Shown: positions 1 through 13,771, counted from the stretch's first letter. The stretch is 64,000 nucleotides of DNA from Camelus ferus (GCF_009834535.1 NC_045696.1:41914001-41978000); one strand, 5' to 3'. Notes: a model not told the origin generated them from the letters alone. Program-made: numbers and translations.

Positions 1-105
1 TAGCACAACAATGTGAATCACGTGCACTTAATGTCACTGAACAGTACACTTACAAATGCTTAAAATGGTAAATTTATGTTATGTATATTTTACAATTAAA
101 AAAAA
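1..105 (+). mobile_element. L1 (L1MB-like) 3' end with A tail
   Basis: Resembles the recalled L1MB 3' terminus (acaatgtgaat...cactgaacagtacactta...ttatgttatgtatatttt), ending in an A run. Confidence 0.75.
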
Positions 106-669
106 AGAGTAAATGGGTGAGCGGGAGAAGAAATATGTAAAAGAATATATATATATTTCTAAGAAACATACTTAGAGAATAAAGAGCTGTTATAGAAATT
201 TCCACATCCAAAATAAAGATGGCAAGAGCCAGTTTTTTCTAATTAACCTTGGTTGTTATTTCTAAAGATTTTATGATGCTACACAGTTCAGTATATGTTG
301 CATACAGCAGAGGTTTAAACCACTAACTGGTTGAGTTCAGATAGTATTGGAGAAACTACACAGAAAGCCTTTGAATAAGGATGAATTATAATAAGCAAAG
401 TTGCCCCCAAATTTTATTAATGTATGATAATCAATCAACTGCCTCAAAAATCATCCTATCATGTTTTGAAGTCCTTTGAGTGTTAGTGTTTGATGGTTGA
501 TCTCAAATCTAGCTTTAGAAATTCAGAAACCAGATCTCTTTAGCTTTCCCAGAGCTGATTAAGCTGAAAGAATCTGATTCAAATTAACCACTGAAAAGAC
601 ACCAATTTGTAAACATAGTTTACTATTTTAAGAGTGGATAATTACTGCAAATAGTAGAAATTACTTTAT

Positions 670-870
670 GACTTTATTATTTGAATCCACTAACTAGCTC
701 TGTGACCATGTCCAAGTCACCTAACTTCTGTGCCTATGTGTCATCACCTGTAAAATGGGGAAAATAGCACCCACCTCACAAGGCTGTTATAATGATAAAA
801 TGTTAATATTCATAAAACACTTTGAACAGTGTCTGATACAGGGTAACTACTACTACGTAAGTGTTAAATA
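670..870 (+). mobile_element. MIR SINE
   Basis: MIR core-like: tgtgaccatgtccaagtcacctaacttctgtgcc...catcacctgtaaaatgggg...acctcacaagg. Confidence 0.75.
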
Positions 871-1170
871 ATGCTCACTGAGTATTTTCCTGATGTCTAT
901 TGCTATATAGGAAAATCATTTGATACTTATATTCTAATCTTTTGTTGAAATGATTTCCTAAATTTATCTAGTAAATTGTGTAGTTTAAAAACAAAACAAA
1001 ACAAAACAAAAATGCTCACAGGTCAACCTTTCTGGTACGACATAAATGTCCACATAAAAGACCAAGTTAGCATTACCAGGTTCTTTACTGAGCACTGACC
1101 AAGTACAAAAAAACCCTTAGCAGGCAGTGCTTTGATAAAACAACTAGAGGATCAGTTTCTCACTCTACAG

Positions 1171-1235
1171 CAGGGTTTCTCACCCTCAGCAGTGTTGACA
1201 TTTGGGGCCAGATAATTCTTGGAGGGGGGCAGGGA
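1171..1235. mobile_element. MER20-like hAT-Charlie fragment
   Basis: cagggtttctcaccctcagcagtgttgacatttggggccagataattctt resembles a MER20 end. Confidence 0.6.
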
Positions 1236-3615
1236 GGGTTTTCTAGAGATTATGCCTTCCTCTTCTGGATTAGGTAACAGCAGCATCAATTTATCCACAT
1301 AGTCGAGACAAACACAAATCAGTTCGGAGGGTAGGCACCTCTGCAGATAGCTGGGTTAACCTTCTTTGCCCTACTGACTTAACCTTCACATTTTGGAAAC
1401 ATTTAACTGTGGATTCCTAGGCATCAGCATTTGACTGAGGAATGGGAGAGCTGTTTCTTTTGGAACTCCAGCACACAATTACAAGATGGGGTAAAGTAAG
1501 GTGGTGGAGGGAAGAGGATCTATTAAGATTTTACATTCTGAAATAAATTTGCTCTGTGTCAATTCTAGGCACTGGGCCAGAGTTTTTCACTATTCTACAA
1601 ACTTGCCTGAGCACTAGGATATAAAGGCAGTGCTTATGATGGCAGCATTCCAGAAAAAGCAGCATAAATAATGAATCTGAGTAAACTCTCCCTGGTACTT
1701 CTAGTGGACTGACTTTGGAATAGTTCTTTTCTTGGCATCTACACTGACCAAATCTTATTAGCTCCCAGTCTACGATGGCTTTGGAGTATGAATATCCATA
1801 GTCTATATGTAATTGTATGACACATTAAAAACTAATAGTTAAAAATGTTTGCTTTATCAAGTATTAGTTCTTGGTCTAAGAATGTTGACTCTTGTATGTC
1901 TGTTAATTTTAATAGGCCTCAAATAAAGAAACAAGCAAAGTATTAATGCAATAAACATCAAAATGAATAGCTAATAATCAAAGGCAACTGTCTCTGATGC
2001 TTACTGACTATGAATTCCCATTTTAAATAAATATTAAAATAATAAAAGTATCAAGATCAAATAACACTCATCACATGCTAATAAAAATAGTATTTCTATG
2101 AAAAATACTATTTTCCAAAACATAAAAAAAATTAGTAAAAAATGTGGTGCTACTTTACAGCACCATATAATAGTGGTTAAGAGTCTGAAATCACAAAGGT
2201 CAGCTCTTGGTGCTTTTGGTTTTCCCATCAGTAAAAGAGATGTAAATGTTTCCACCTTACAAGGTTTTACAAAGATTAAATGAGTGAAAATAAATTAAGT
2301 GCTCAGCACTATGCTTGCATGTAAAAGCCTGATAAATGTTATCTTCAGCTACAATTATCATTTTAACATGTCATGAAATATTAAACCTGAGACATTTATT
2401 CAGGAAAACTAGGTCAGACCAAACCAATCCTAACAAAGTGCAGCAATTACTCTGTATTTGGCCTTCACAGTGGGGTCTCTTTAGAGGAATTTAATTCAGA
2501 TATTGGTTTAAAATATAAAATAAGAGAAAGCATTTAAGAATATAGATATGGACTTAAAAAAAAACCCGGAATAATGCTTAAAGGAGCAAAAAAGAAGACC
2601 TATCCAATAAAGTTCATCAATTGAAAAACACTTTGAGAAACTATTCAGTTGTCTGATTCCCTTACAGATAAGTAACCGTAAGTTAATTTCTGCAGAGTCG
2701 CACGGAGAGTACGGCAGAATCCTTCCTGACAAAATCTCTTCTATGGGCCTGCAAACTTTTACTGATTTACGGAACAGTTTGAATACTCATCGACTTTAGA
2801 GTGAGGCCGGTAAAGAAACCAAGGGCCCTTTCTCTCCTCCTCTAACCTGGCTCCCAAGGAGTCAAGAAATTTCAGAGCTATACCCCATGACCATAACAAT
2901 CACAGAAATCGCATCTTTTCAGGGTATATACAGTGCCTCAAGTTTCCAAAGCGGCCTTCACAGTACCAAAAGGAAGAATATTAAAGCATTCGGAATTGAC
3001 AGTATCTGCTATCGTATTTTTCCTTATTTAAGCCACAGTAGCACAATCTGACGAACACCGGCAAGCGGAGCCGCAGAACCTCAAAACCGCCGGCTAAAAC
3101 CCTCGGGGAACGAACGCACTGCAAAAAGCAGTCGGGCTCTGGGCGTTGCCGTCCCTCCCGGAAACCATCAGCACCAACTGGCTTTCAAAAGGCACAGCAC
3201 GCAGCACCCCCAACCGCCGCCCGCTGCTCAGAAGCTTCTGCGGAGAGAAGGAGCCGCCGCCTCCGGAGCCGCCGAAGAAGGCGGGCGCCTCGCTGCCCGC
3301 GCGTGCCGGCCCCTCCCCGCGGCTGGGCCGGCCCCCGGGGAAGCCCCCTTCGCCCCACCCCGGGCCAAGGCCCGCCCCCAGCTTCCCCAGCCTCCTTCCT
3401 GTGGGAAGTGCGGCTCCTTTCGCGTCCCCCACCCTCTCGGCTCCGCCTGGCAGCCGCTTCTCTGCCGAGCGCAGGCTAGGCTGGGCGGCCGAGTGCCGTC
3501 CGAGAGAAGGGGCGCGGGACCCTCCGCGGATGCACAGACAAGCCCGCCTCCGCCTGCGGGCCCTACCCGGGCAGCCAGACGCCCGCCCTCGCACTCGCCG
3601 CGGGCGACGTCCTAC

Positions 3616-3925
3616 CTCGCCACCAGTACGTCTTGGACAGGTCGTGCCAGGTCTGATGCTGGGTGTGGTGAGTGCCGCCTGGGCCCAGGTGCGCCGCCTC
3701 GATGAGCCCCCGGCGCCGCTCGGGCTGCAGCACCACCTCCAGCTCCGCAAAGGTCTTGCGGTGCCGCTGCCGCCGCTGGTAGTACAAGGTCCCGCCGCGC
3801 ACCACGTAGCAGGCGGCCGCCTTGCGGATTTTACGCTTGACATTGCCCTCGGTGCCCGGCGCGTACGGCTCGCACTCATTCGTCAGGTAGCGCAGAATGG
3901 CCTGGTAGCTTTCCTCGCTTGACAT
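3616..3925 (-). CDS. ZBTB11: ZBTB11 coding exon 1 (310 nt), N-terminal integrase-type H2C2 zinc-binding region; the rest of the gene lies left of the window
   Basis: ATG at 3925-3923; MSSEESYQAILRYLTN...AHLGPGGTHH...LSKTYWWR-G matches the recalled ZBTB11 N-terminus; donor G|GTAGG at 3616/3615. Confidence 0.95.
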
Positions 3926-4143
3926 CGCTGACGGCGGCTCCGTGAGGGCGCCTGTCAGTGGCAAGGGGGGAAGACAGCGCACTGGCTCCGGGCGGATGCA
4001 ACAGCAGCGGCGGCACTGTAGGGAGGAACGGCTGTTTCTGTGGGGAGTGCTCTTCGACGGCGCCCTCAGCGCAGAGAGAACGGACGAGTTGGTAACCAGG
4101 GGGAACTGCACTTCCCCAGCGCGCGGGATCCGCTGGCGACTGA

Positions 4144-4260
4144 CAAAATGGCTGCTGCACCACCGGAAGTGACGCAAACGGAGGGCGGTGGGTGAGGGGA
4201 CTAAACCCTGATTGGAGCGCAGTGGCTTTCTGATTAGATGCAGCCGCCCTAGTGACGTCA
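4144..4260. promoter_or_regulatory. ZBTB11: ZBTB11 core promoter motifs
   Basis: YY1-like CAAAATGGCTGC 4144-4155; overlapping ETS/half-CRE CCGGAAGTGACG 4163-4174; CCAAT (ATTGG) 4211-4215; full CRE TGACGTCA 4253-4260. Confidence 0.65.
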
Positions 4261-6990
4261 ATACTGCGGGCGGACATTTTGGAAGTGGGTAGGCTTTTCC
4301 TGGGAGATTGAGGCGGCCTTGAGCAGACATCTTAACTCCGGGCAGTTTCCTCTTCTTATTTTTCCCGTCTTTCTGAAGCTCTGAACACGTGTTAGAGCTG
4401 GTGGGCAGTTGTTATCCCATCCGAGATACTACACGGTGTAAAGGAGTACTTTTCTTCCGTCTGCTTTTGAGACACCTGACAAAACGCCAGACTTTTGAGG
4501 CCCTCTTGTAGAATAGCCAGTGAATACGAGACCAAAGAAAGCCTTTTCACATGGAAATGGTAGCTTTCAGTTAAGTGTTATAAAATCTAAATCCTTCAGT
4601 GATAGGAGTTACTGTAATTTCTCCGCATAGGCTGCTCTCCCGAACTATCTCTGTAATAGTTGAGATTTTTCTGGAATGACTAGCATATATAGTGGCAATT
4701 TTCTACCTACGAGGGCAATCATGTCAGTAGGGAGTGGAGAAGAGCAGTTTGCACTATTTTCTTACAATTTTATTTGCATATATATAGGTTAGAGGGGGGA
4801 AGTTCTCTGTTCTATACCCAACATATACTGAATGTACACAAGGCCAAGGTAACTCGAACTACGCTTTTCAATGTACAGTGTAAGTCCTATTTCAGATTTT
4901 TAGCAGGTAGCCAGGAGCAGTCGCTCTGGTCACCCCTCCCTGGGTTGAATTTTCAGTGCAGAAAGGAGACACAGGCCTATGACATCCCAAGGCTACTGGG
5001 GTCAGTCACTTGCAGCGTTTTGCTGGAGCTTTAAGACTCTGGGCCAACCCTTTCCTCTCCCAGTCCTGTTCTGGCGGTGCTGCCTGAGGCTCTGTGACCC
5101 CTGCAGATACAAGTGAGGACAGATGCCACATCAAAGCAGTGGGTTCCAAAAGCAGGATGAGCTGAGTCCCACGATAATTGGGGGTGGAGATTGCAGAAAA
5201 TTTCCAAACGGCAGGGGTACTTGGGGCGCTTGAAGATTCTAGCTGTATAAGTGTGAGCTCCCAGGCCTACAGAGGCCTGAGGCTTATTAGAGTCACTCAA
5301 TCCTCAGATAGGCTGCAGCTGGGGGAGGGAGGAACAAGGTGGAGACACACCCATCCCCCCCGTGGGGGTGGGGCACTCAGACTGGATGTCTAAATCCACG
5401 CTCCAAGGGATATATATGTGCTGGGTCAGCACCACCAGTTTGGCTGTGAAATAGTGTTCATTTAAAACTAAATTTAATGTACACAGATTCAAATTAAAAG
5501 TAAACAAGCTGTGGACTTGGCAAGAGAGCTAAATTTTAAAAAATTCCCCTACACCCCGATCAATTTGTCAGAAGTCATGAAAGCACTGACAAGTCCCCGA
5601 ATACTTAAATTTTCCAGTGCCCTTATCCCAATACAGACGTGTTTCAATAAAATGCTTTACGGGTGGCCCAGTTGTCTTCCTGAGCAAAGCTAAAAGTTGC
5701 TGTCCTATGAGAACAGGTATTTAGCGTTTATATCTAGGTCTTCCTGGGCTGCAGACTATTCAGGACTCAAGGGTAATCAGAATGGTAGTTACATTTTGAC
5801 ATTTAGACGAGAAAAGCAATGCTTTACGGGGTCATTTTCTGGTGGCCAAAAGAAGGAACATGTTGCCCTGTGTTCAAGTTGAGTATTTTGATTGTTTAAG
5901 CTTTCCCTTGAACAATCACAGCTATTATGACCTTTTTTCCCTTGTAATTTCGTTTTTAAAAATTAGTGTTTTTTTCCCAAGCAAAATCTTACTAAGCATG
6001 TCAGCCAGTCAGCATAACTTGCATAGTTATTTTATGTACCTTTTTAGTTTTCAAGTCTTCAAAGGGACTTTTTTCTTATCCCCAACACCTACACCAATGC
6101 CTGAATTTAACATGCGCCAGAACTGATCATTAATCCCTTGGACAGAATGGAGGTGGGGGGAAGTATTGATGTGGAGATTTTACCTTCACCTAGTATTCCT
6201 ATGTATAAATGAATGTTTCTCAAGACAATGTGCATTGTTTATTGTTGTAACTTTGTAACTCGGATTCAGAAGATGATCTTTTTGTATAAGTGCAAGCCTG
6301 TTCGTAACATCATTTTCCTTATCACATTTATATAAAAAGACTTAGAACTCTTGAACATCAGCAGGCTACTCAGGCACTTTTACAATTTTAACCATGGCTC
6401 TGTTAAGCTCTCAGCTCAAAAAACTTTGGTATTTTTCTAAGTATACTCTGCTCAAGAAGTTTTAGTCTTCATTTAAGCTTATTTTCTGGATGCCAAGAGT
6501 AGATTATACAGCTGATAGTTTTAACTCAGCTATAAGCTAATGGTGAAGAGGTGAGATACTAGTGAACCAAAGGCAACCCCGGTATGAAATAAATGTGTCT
6601 ATCATGGAGAAGGGTAAGTTAAGAAAACTCATTAGAAAGACTGACTTTGCACAGAACTGACAAAACCATGCCTTTTCGCCATCAACCTGGACTAAAATCT
6701 CTGCAACATCCTAGTACCTATAGCTGTGTAAACAACAGTCTGCGTCGTGCGTCCTTACAACCTCAGCTGAGCAAAGCTAGCATTTAATCATGTACATCTT
6801 ACTTCATACCATTTTGCTTAACATCTTTCCATCTAAGAGGTGTACATCAGGATGTATTATTTCTGATAAATGAACTCTTTAAAAAATATGTGGCTGTTAA
6901 ATTCTTAACTTTGTAGTCTGGCTTTTACCCTGTTGGAAAGACATGCCTTTAAGAGTAAAAATTCCACCACAATCTAGTCATAGTGAGATC

Positions 6991-6996
6991 TTTATT
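6991..6996 (-). terminator. RPL24: RPL24 polyadenylation signal AATAAA
   Basis: TTTATT on + strand, 20 nt beyond the stop codon; a very short 3' UTR is typical of ribosomal protein mRNAs. Confidence 0.85.
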
Positions 6997-7016
6997 TAAA
7001 AATCCCATTTGCCAAC

Positions 7017-7115
<99 letters not shown>

Positions 7116-7701
7116 TTATGTGGCATTATTCCATATGGGTTTTTTTCTCAACCACTCCTCTCTTATGCCCAGATTCTGTTTGTATCCTAGATTGCTTTCC
7201 TAATATTAAGAAAGCCACTCAAAAGTTAAAGGTCCACCTTTATATGAAATATAAATGAAAGACAATCAAAGATATCACAGACTGAAGAGTTAAGAGACAA
7301 ATAAATGTAGTGTGGGATCCTGAATTGCATCCTAAGGACAGAAAAAGGACCAATGTTAAGTTTCTACTTTTGAAAATTTTACGAGTTATCTAATTTATTA
7401 ACACTGAGAAAAGCTGCATAAACTTTACTATTAAAGCTAGAGTTATTTCAAAATGAACTTTAAAAAATTTTTATTTTCCCCTTTCCAGTTTCTGTTCTAG
7501 CAGTAACAGACTCATTTGGCTCTAGCAAAGGGACCGCTCTGGAGACCTGAATCACTCACCCAGAAGTCAGTTAATGGATATCATTTCCATCAGAGTTTAG
7601 CACTGAATTCCTTAAACTGAAACTCCCATTTGCCACAGTTTGGATTAAAAAAAAATTTCCTGTCATTTTAAATGAGAAATCCAAGACAATCCCACAAATA
7701 C

Positions 7702-7765
7702 CTTTGCAGCAGCCATTGCTGTCTTTTTAGATGCTTGCTTAGCCTTTTTTGCTTCCTTGGCAGCC
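7702..7765 (-). CDS. RPL24: RPL24 exon 5 (64 nt)
   Basis: AAKEAKKAKQASKKTAMAAAK; cag/gt borders in phase. Confidence 0.97.
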
Positions 7766-8181
7766 CTGTGGGGTTAAAAATAATTTAAGCAAGGCACTTT
7801 GCTCCTTAATGGAATGGCTTATTAACAAGACGTTAGTCCTTTGGGAAAGTAGAATTATCAGATTCCTTCTGCATCTGCAATTATTTGTAGGATAAATCCA
7901 AAGGATTTGTTAACAAATGTCCTTAACCACCAAGTCAACTTAACACTTATTAGAAACTGTACAGCACCTTTATATAATTGCATATAGAATTTCAACGTCA
8001 TTTAGACTATATTATAAACATCTGTATTATTAAACCTGAATATTTACATTTGACAATCCCTATATAGATGCAAGTATCAAAACACAAAATAACATCAGAT
8101 TAAGATTCCTGTACCTAGAAACCCAAACATAACCTAAAATCCATCCCCAAAGCTGAAATGCTCTTAACGAAGGCTTCCTCA

Positions 8182-8721
<540 letters not shown>

Positions 8722-8973
8722 AAATTCCACCAAAAATAATTCATGTAATTATCTGAAATGAAATATTTACAAATTAAAAAAATATATATATATATAAAAT
8801 ACTGCGATATGCAGGTATTTTCCCAATATGGTTTAGTTAAGTCATCTATTACAAATCCTGGTCTTTACTACTTCATTTAGAAAGACAAAAAGTTAAACTC
8901 TAAGAAAGGTAACTGAATAGTACTTTAAAAGTTTTTTAAAGAAGACTTTACAATAAAGAATTTATCAAAAAAA

Positions 8974-9100
8974 GGGGGTGAGGGTATAGTAAGTGGTAGA
9001 GCATATGCTTGTTAGCATACACAATGTCCTGGGTTCAATCCTCAGTACCACCTCCTCCAAAAATAAATTACACCCCCCAAAATTAATAAAATAAAAAAAG
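8974..9100 (+). mobile_element. Vic-1-type tRNA-derived SINE
   Basis: gagggtatag..agtggtagag head, B box gggttcaatcc, A-rich tail; TSD tttatcaaaaaaa at 8961-8973 and 9101-9113. Confidence 0.85.
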
Positions 9101-9359
9101 TTTATCAAAAAAAAAAATAGAGATCAAACCTCAACTCATCTATTTTGCTTTTACTCAAACTACTGGCCCTGGGAGAAACAGTCAAGTTAGAAAATAATTT
9201 AAGACAGGAAAGCCACCAAATGTTAGGAATTGTCGGAGAATCAAGACAGGAGTACAACTGAAACAGTTACTGCCAATTCTATATTGCAAATCTATACTGC
9301 AGGGCTTATGAGAAAAAAGACCTTGCAGTGCACCTCTAAGTCCAAGAAAAAAAATGAAA

Positions 9360-10030
9360 TATACTTTAACAATAAGTTGACCACTTTAAAGCCTTAAATG
9401 TATAATTCAATGAAATTTAAGTATATTTGCAGCATTGTACAACCTCCAACAATCCCCTCCATAACTTGTTCATCATCCCAAACTCTGCATCTATTAAATA
9501 ATAGTGTCCCATTCCTCACTCCCTGCTAGCCCCTGGAAACCTCTACTTTGTCTTTATGAATTTGCCCACACAACGTACCTCATAAGTGGAATCATTACAA
9601 TATTTGTGTTTGGCTTATTTCACTTAGCATATCTTCAGGGTTCACCCATGCAGGCTAGTTGTCAGCTTTTAATGAATAACACTCCACTTTTTGTATATAA
9701 CACATTTTGTTACCTATTTATCCATTGATGGGACATTTGGTTGTTTTTACCTTTTGGCTATTGTGAATAACAGTGCCATGAATACCGCCATGTAAGTTAT
9801 CTGTGTAAGTCCCTGCTTACAGTTCTCTTGAGTATATACAGACCCAGAAGTGGAATTGCTGTACATATGATGGTAATTCTCTTTAACTTTTTGACAGTGT
9901 CAAAACACCTCCACAGTGCCTGCACCATCTTACATTCAGCAATGCGCAAGGGATCCAATTTTCCCACATCACCAACATCTGTAACCCCTCCCCTGCTTTA
10001 GGATAATAGCCATCCTACTGGGTATGCTAC
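9360..10030 (-). mobile_element. Old L1 3' region (L1MB-like)
   Basis: tggcttatttcacttagcat, ccattgatgggacatttggttg, cccagaagtggaattgctg are L1 3' hallmarks. Confidence 0.8.
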
Positions 10031-10417
10031 ATCCACTTTTAATTTAGAATTTTCCCTTCCTCTGAACTCCCATAATACCCAGTAATGTCTTTCACCCAGG
10101 AGGTGCTCACTGCCTCCTGAATACTCTCTTGTCACGGCACTCAAACCCTTTCTCAAAAATCTCTTTCATCAAGCTAAACGGCCACTTTAAAAAACACATC
10201 CAGTCTTAAGAACAGACTAACACGCTGGAATACTCCACAATGTTATCTACATTAGGAATAATTCTACAAGCAGTATAACCAAAACGGGATGCTTTCAAAT
10301 TTCAACTCGATATTTTTATTGTTAACCTAAAATGTATAAGGAGGCACTGTTTATATCAATCATTATCACTTCACGGTTTGCTGCTTTAGAGTTTGAGTAT
10401 TTTCACATACTCTCTCA

Positions 10418-10651
<234 letters not shown>

Positions 10652-10958
10652 TTAGTAAACTAATATTCTATTTCTATCCTCTAATTTTGTAAAATTAAGG
10701 CCTACAGAGCCCAAAAGGTTTTTGCCACAGAACTGGCAAGAAACTGGCTTTGCATCTGATCCTGTCTTTTCTCGAAAGTAGACAAGCTTCATATCGAAGG
10801 GGAGGGTGGAGTGCCAAATTCTGGGAGGCATCTAGCTCCTGTCCTTCCATAAAACAGCCACATACCCCGGCGGCCCACTTCCCTTACACCGGAACATTAA
10901 AGCTGCACAAGCTTCTAACTTCCGATCTGATTCACACTCGATCAAAACTCAAGCCTCA

Positions 10959-11216
<258 letters not shown>

Positions 11217-11322
11217 TTAGATGGGGAGGGGTGTCCTCGACAAGAAGAAGCCATGTCTGGGAAGCCGGAGAGGCGCTCCGCCCGAAGATGGAGGAGGATT
11301 GGGACCGAGGGTCCCTGCTTAC

Positions 11323-11327
11323 TTCAT
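11323..11327 (-). CDS. RPL24: RPL24 exon 1 coding part (ATG AA)
   Basis: gccATGAA|gtaagc; AA plus the first G of exon 2 gives Lys2. Confidence 0.93.
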
Positions 11328-11344
11328 GGCTGCGAAGGGCCCGG

Positions 11345-11530
11345 GAAAAAGGAAGATGGAGAAGAGAAAGAAAGAATCATGGGAAGACGCCTTATAAGGT
11401 CGTGGAAAGCAATCTCCTCCCACAATCCCCTTCCGCAACCCCGGCGCTCTGTGATGACGTCATCTCGCCTAGGCAACAGATCTAGCGTTCCCCAGAGGCC
11501 GCCTTCCTCCGGAGTGATTGCCCTGGAGAC
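11345..11530 (-). promoter_or_regulatory. RPL24: RPL24 promoter with polypyrimidine (TCT/5'TOP) start region
   Basis: Pyrimidine tract ttctttctttctcttctccatcttcctttttcc on - strand (about 11376-11345); TATA-like palindrome CCTTATAAGG 11390-11399; CRE palindrome 11453-11464. Confidence 0.8.
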
Positions 11531-12273
11531 GGTCAAGGCTCTCCGGGCGATGGGGGAGTGACGGTCACGCAGGCAGGCAGGCCGGCGGGCAGTTGGTTTC
11601 CGAGTCATTCTGTCTCCTACATTCGTGTGTCACAGAGCCCTCGTCCTGGTGCAGGGAATGTGAACTGAAGAGAAGGGGGTCCTCTCTCTCTTATAGTTCA
11701 GTGATGCACGGATGAATACTGCGCAGGTAAAACTGAAAAACTTAGTTTGCCTTCCATGTTGGCTCGTTACCTTAACTAACAAAATTAAATTGTAATAACT
11801 TACTTATTTGTAAAAAAAAAAAAAAAAAGTAATGATACCTGAACTGCCTCCCGGCCGTGGGAATGGAATTGTACTCGATGGCGTTTTGTATTCATTGTAA
11901 TTAACATTCATTGAGTGCTTTCTCTGTGCCAGGACTCATGCTTAATTGTTTGCATACATTAATTCATTTAGTTTACGAAAATCCCTATTAAGCGCCGAAG
12001 TACTGCGGAATGACGACTGCCTGTGGGGGAGGAGCTCGTTTGTTGGGCCTACTGCTAGCGGAGAGCTGGTGGTTGCGCTAAGGATAAAGCCCTTGTCTGG
12101 AGAAGGCAGCTGTGGTCAGGCCCAGGGGGAGGGCCAATGCCTGGATCGCCTGAACCCTTCTGTGATGCTAGATACTTAAGCATATGATGGGGAGGGGAAA
12201 AGGCGAGCCTTGAATTGTGTAGGAAGCTGGAGCACTTGCCTATGAAACAAATAAAATGATTGATTTATGCTGT

Positions 12274-12830
12274 TGTTGGGGCCCAGAGCAGGCTACTCCA
12301 AAATGTGCCTCAATGCCATATTGGTTACTTTGAATTCAGGTTACTTAAGAAATGGCGGATGCAAGAGGGATACTTTGAACCTCCTCTCTGTCCCTCTGGA
12401 AGCAGGACATAAATCTCCATAACTCCCTCACTGTATTGTACCAGAAGGTAAAAAGACATCATTATTACCCTTATTACCAGAGGTAGAGAATTTGGGGGGA
12501 GAAACTCGTATAAACGAACTTTCATACTTCTTTATTAATTTACTACCCAAAGCCCAAAATTTGCTACATTCCTTACTAATTAAGCACCCAAAGCCTAAAT
12601 TTCTTTGTCTTGTCAATTCCTTTCAAATGTGTTGTTTCTTTGTTTAAAAACTATAAAAGCTGCCTGCTTTATCCACTTCTTACTTAGGACTCATTTTCTA
12701 CAAGACCTCTGTGCACACAAATTAAACTTGTTTCTTTTTCTCCTGTTAACCTGTTGTGTGTGAATTTTATTATTAGTCCAGCCACAAGAACTCAAGATGG
12801 GTAAAGTAGGAGGTTTCCCTCTCCCCGACA
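12274..12830 (+). mobile_element. ERV1-class solo LTR
   Basis: Inverted ends TGTTGGGG...CCCCGACA, TATAAAA at 12652, ATTAAA at 12721, flanks ctgt/ctct as a degenerate 4-bp TSD. Confidence 0.7.
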
Positions 12831-13771
12831 CTCTCTATATAAGCAACTTACCCTAAAAAGGTTCTGTAAGTAGGTGGTTGAAAAGCCTTGTAAAGTTTAA
12901 TAAGCTGGTTGACTAATCTTAAGAAAGCTGCACACTTACGTTGGAAACACTGTCAAGAATGACTTAATAGAGATCTGAATGGAATTGCAAAACCTTAGCA
13001 AAGGAATTTGACAGTCTGATCAGCTCTGACCAGCTGTGGAGAATACCTAGTATACTTAGATGACTTTGTCTAAATAGACTATAGGCAGATGGATAACTCA
13101 GGCTGAACTTAACTCTGACATCCATCCAACTTTCTTTGTTTTAAATTACTGCTGATTAAACTATCACCTAAAAAACAAATCTTTCTGGAATAGTCCTGGC
13201 TTCTACAAACTCCAAGGCACAGCTGGATGTGAGTAGAGGGTGGAGCCAAGATCTCCTGCAGGAATTCACACCTGTTTACTCCACAGAGCCCCAGAATTTA
13301 TGGTCCTGTCCCACATATTTTGGAAGATTTTGTTCTTTTGGTCTTTGAATTATGTTTGTTCTGACCAGCTCTGTGGAGGAAGATCAGGAAACTGAGTCCT
13401 CAGGATTTTAGCTCTTTTACTCTTTTCTGGAGGGCATTCTGGAGCTGGCATTTCAGAGTTCTTTGTAACACATTGCATTTATCACGCCTTAAATTGTGTT
13501 CAAACACTCTTAGTATAAGAAGAAATTATACAGAAACCCCTAACAGCATTTTATGTAGTGCCATAAAACAGAGTGTCCACACCATCCATAAATTTTTACT
13601 GACTTTATTCTTCCTCTTTTACAGGCAAAAGGCTCAGCTGCACTTGATTTTCTTTTATGTATTTATGAAGCAATACTGAACCAAAGTTGGTGCTCTCTGG
13701 GCCTCTATATACTTCCTGAGAACAGAGCATTCTCTTCACTGTTTCTTCACCTTTTATACATACTCGCCTGC

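Larger units (their letters stand above)
3050..4330. promoter_or_regulatory. ZBTB11: CpG island over ZBTB11 promoter, exon 1 and start of intron 1
   Basis: Abrupt rise in GC and CpG against AT-rich flanks. Confidence 0.9.

Noticed and set aside
3094..3922. 258-aa (+) and 261-aa (-) ORFs over the ZBTB11 island
   Set aside because: Pro/Arg/Gly/Ala-rich frames expected in very GC-rich DNA overlapping a real exon, with no recognisable domain. An antisense RNA (human ZBTB11-AS1) may exist here but cannot be shown from sequence alone.
8974..9060. tRNA-like A/B boxes here and in the four related copies
   Set aside because: They have SINE tails and TSDs, so they are SINEs rather than tRNA genes.
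13021..13381. Repeated motif ctgaccagct(ct)gtggag near 13026 and 13361
   Set aside because: Only two short imperfect copies, compatible with chance or an old repeat.
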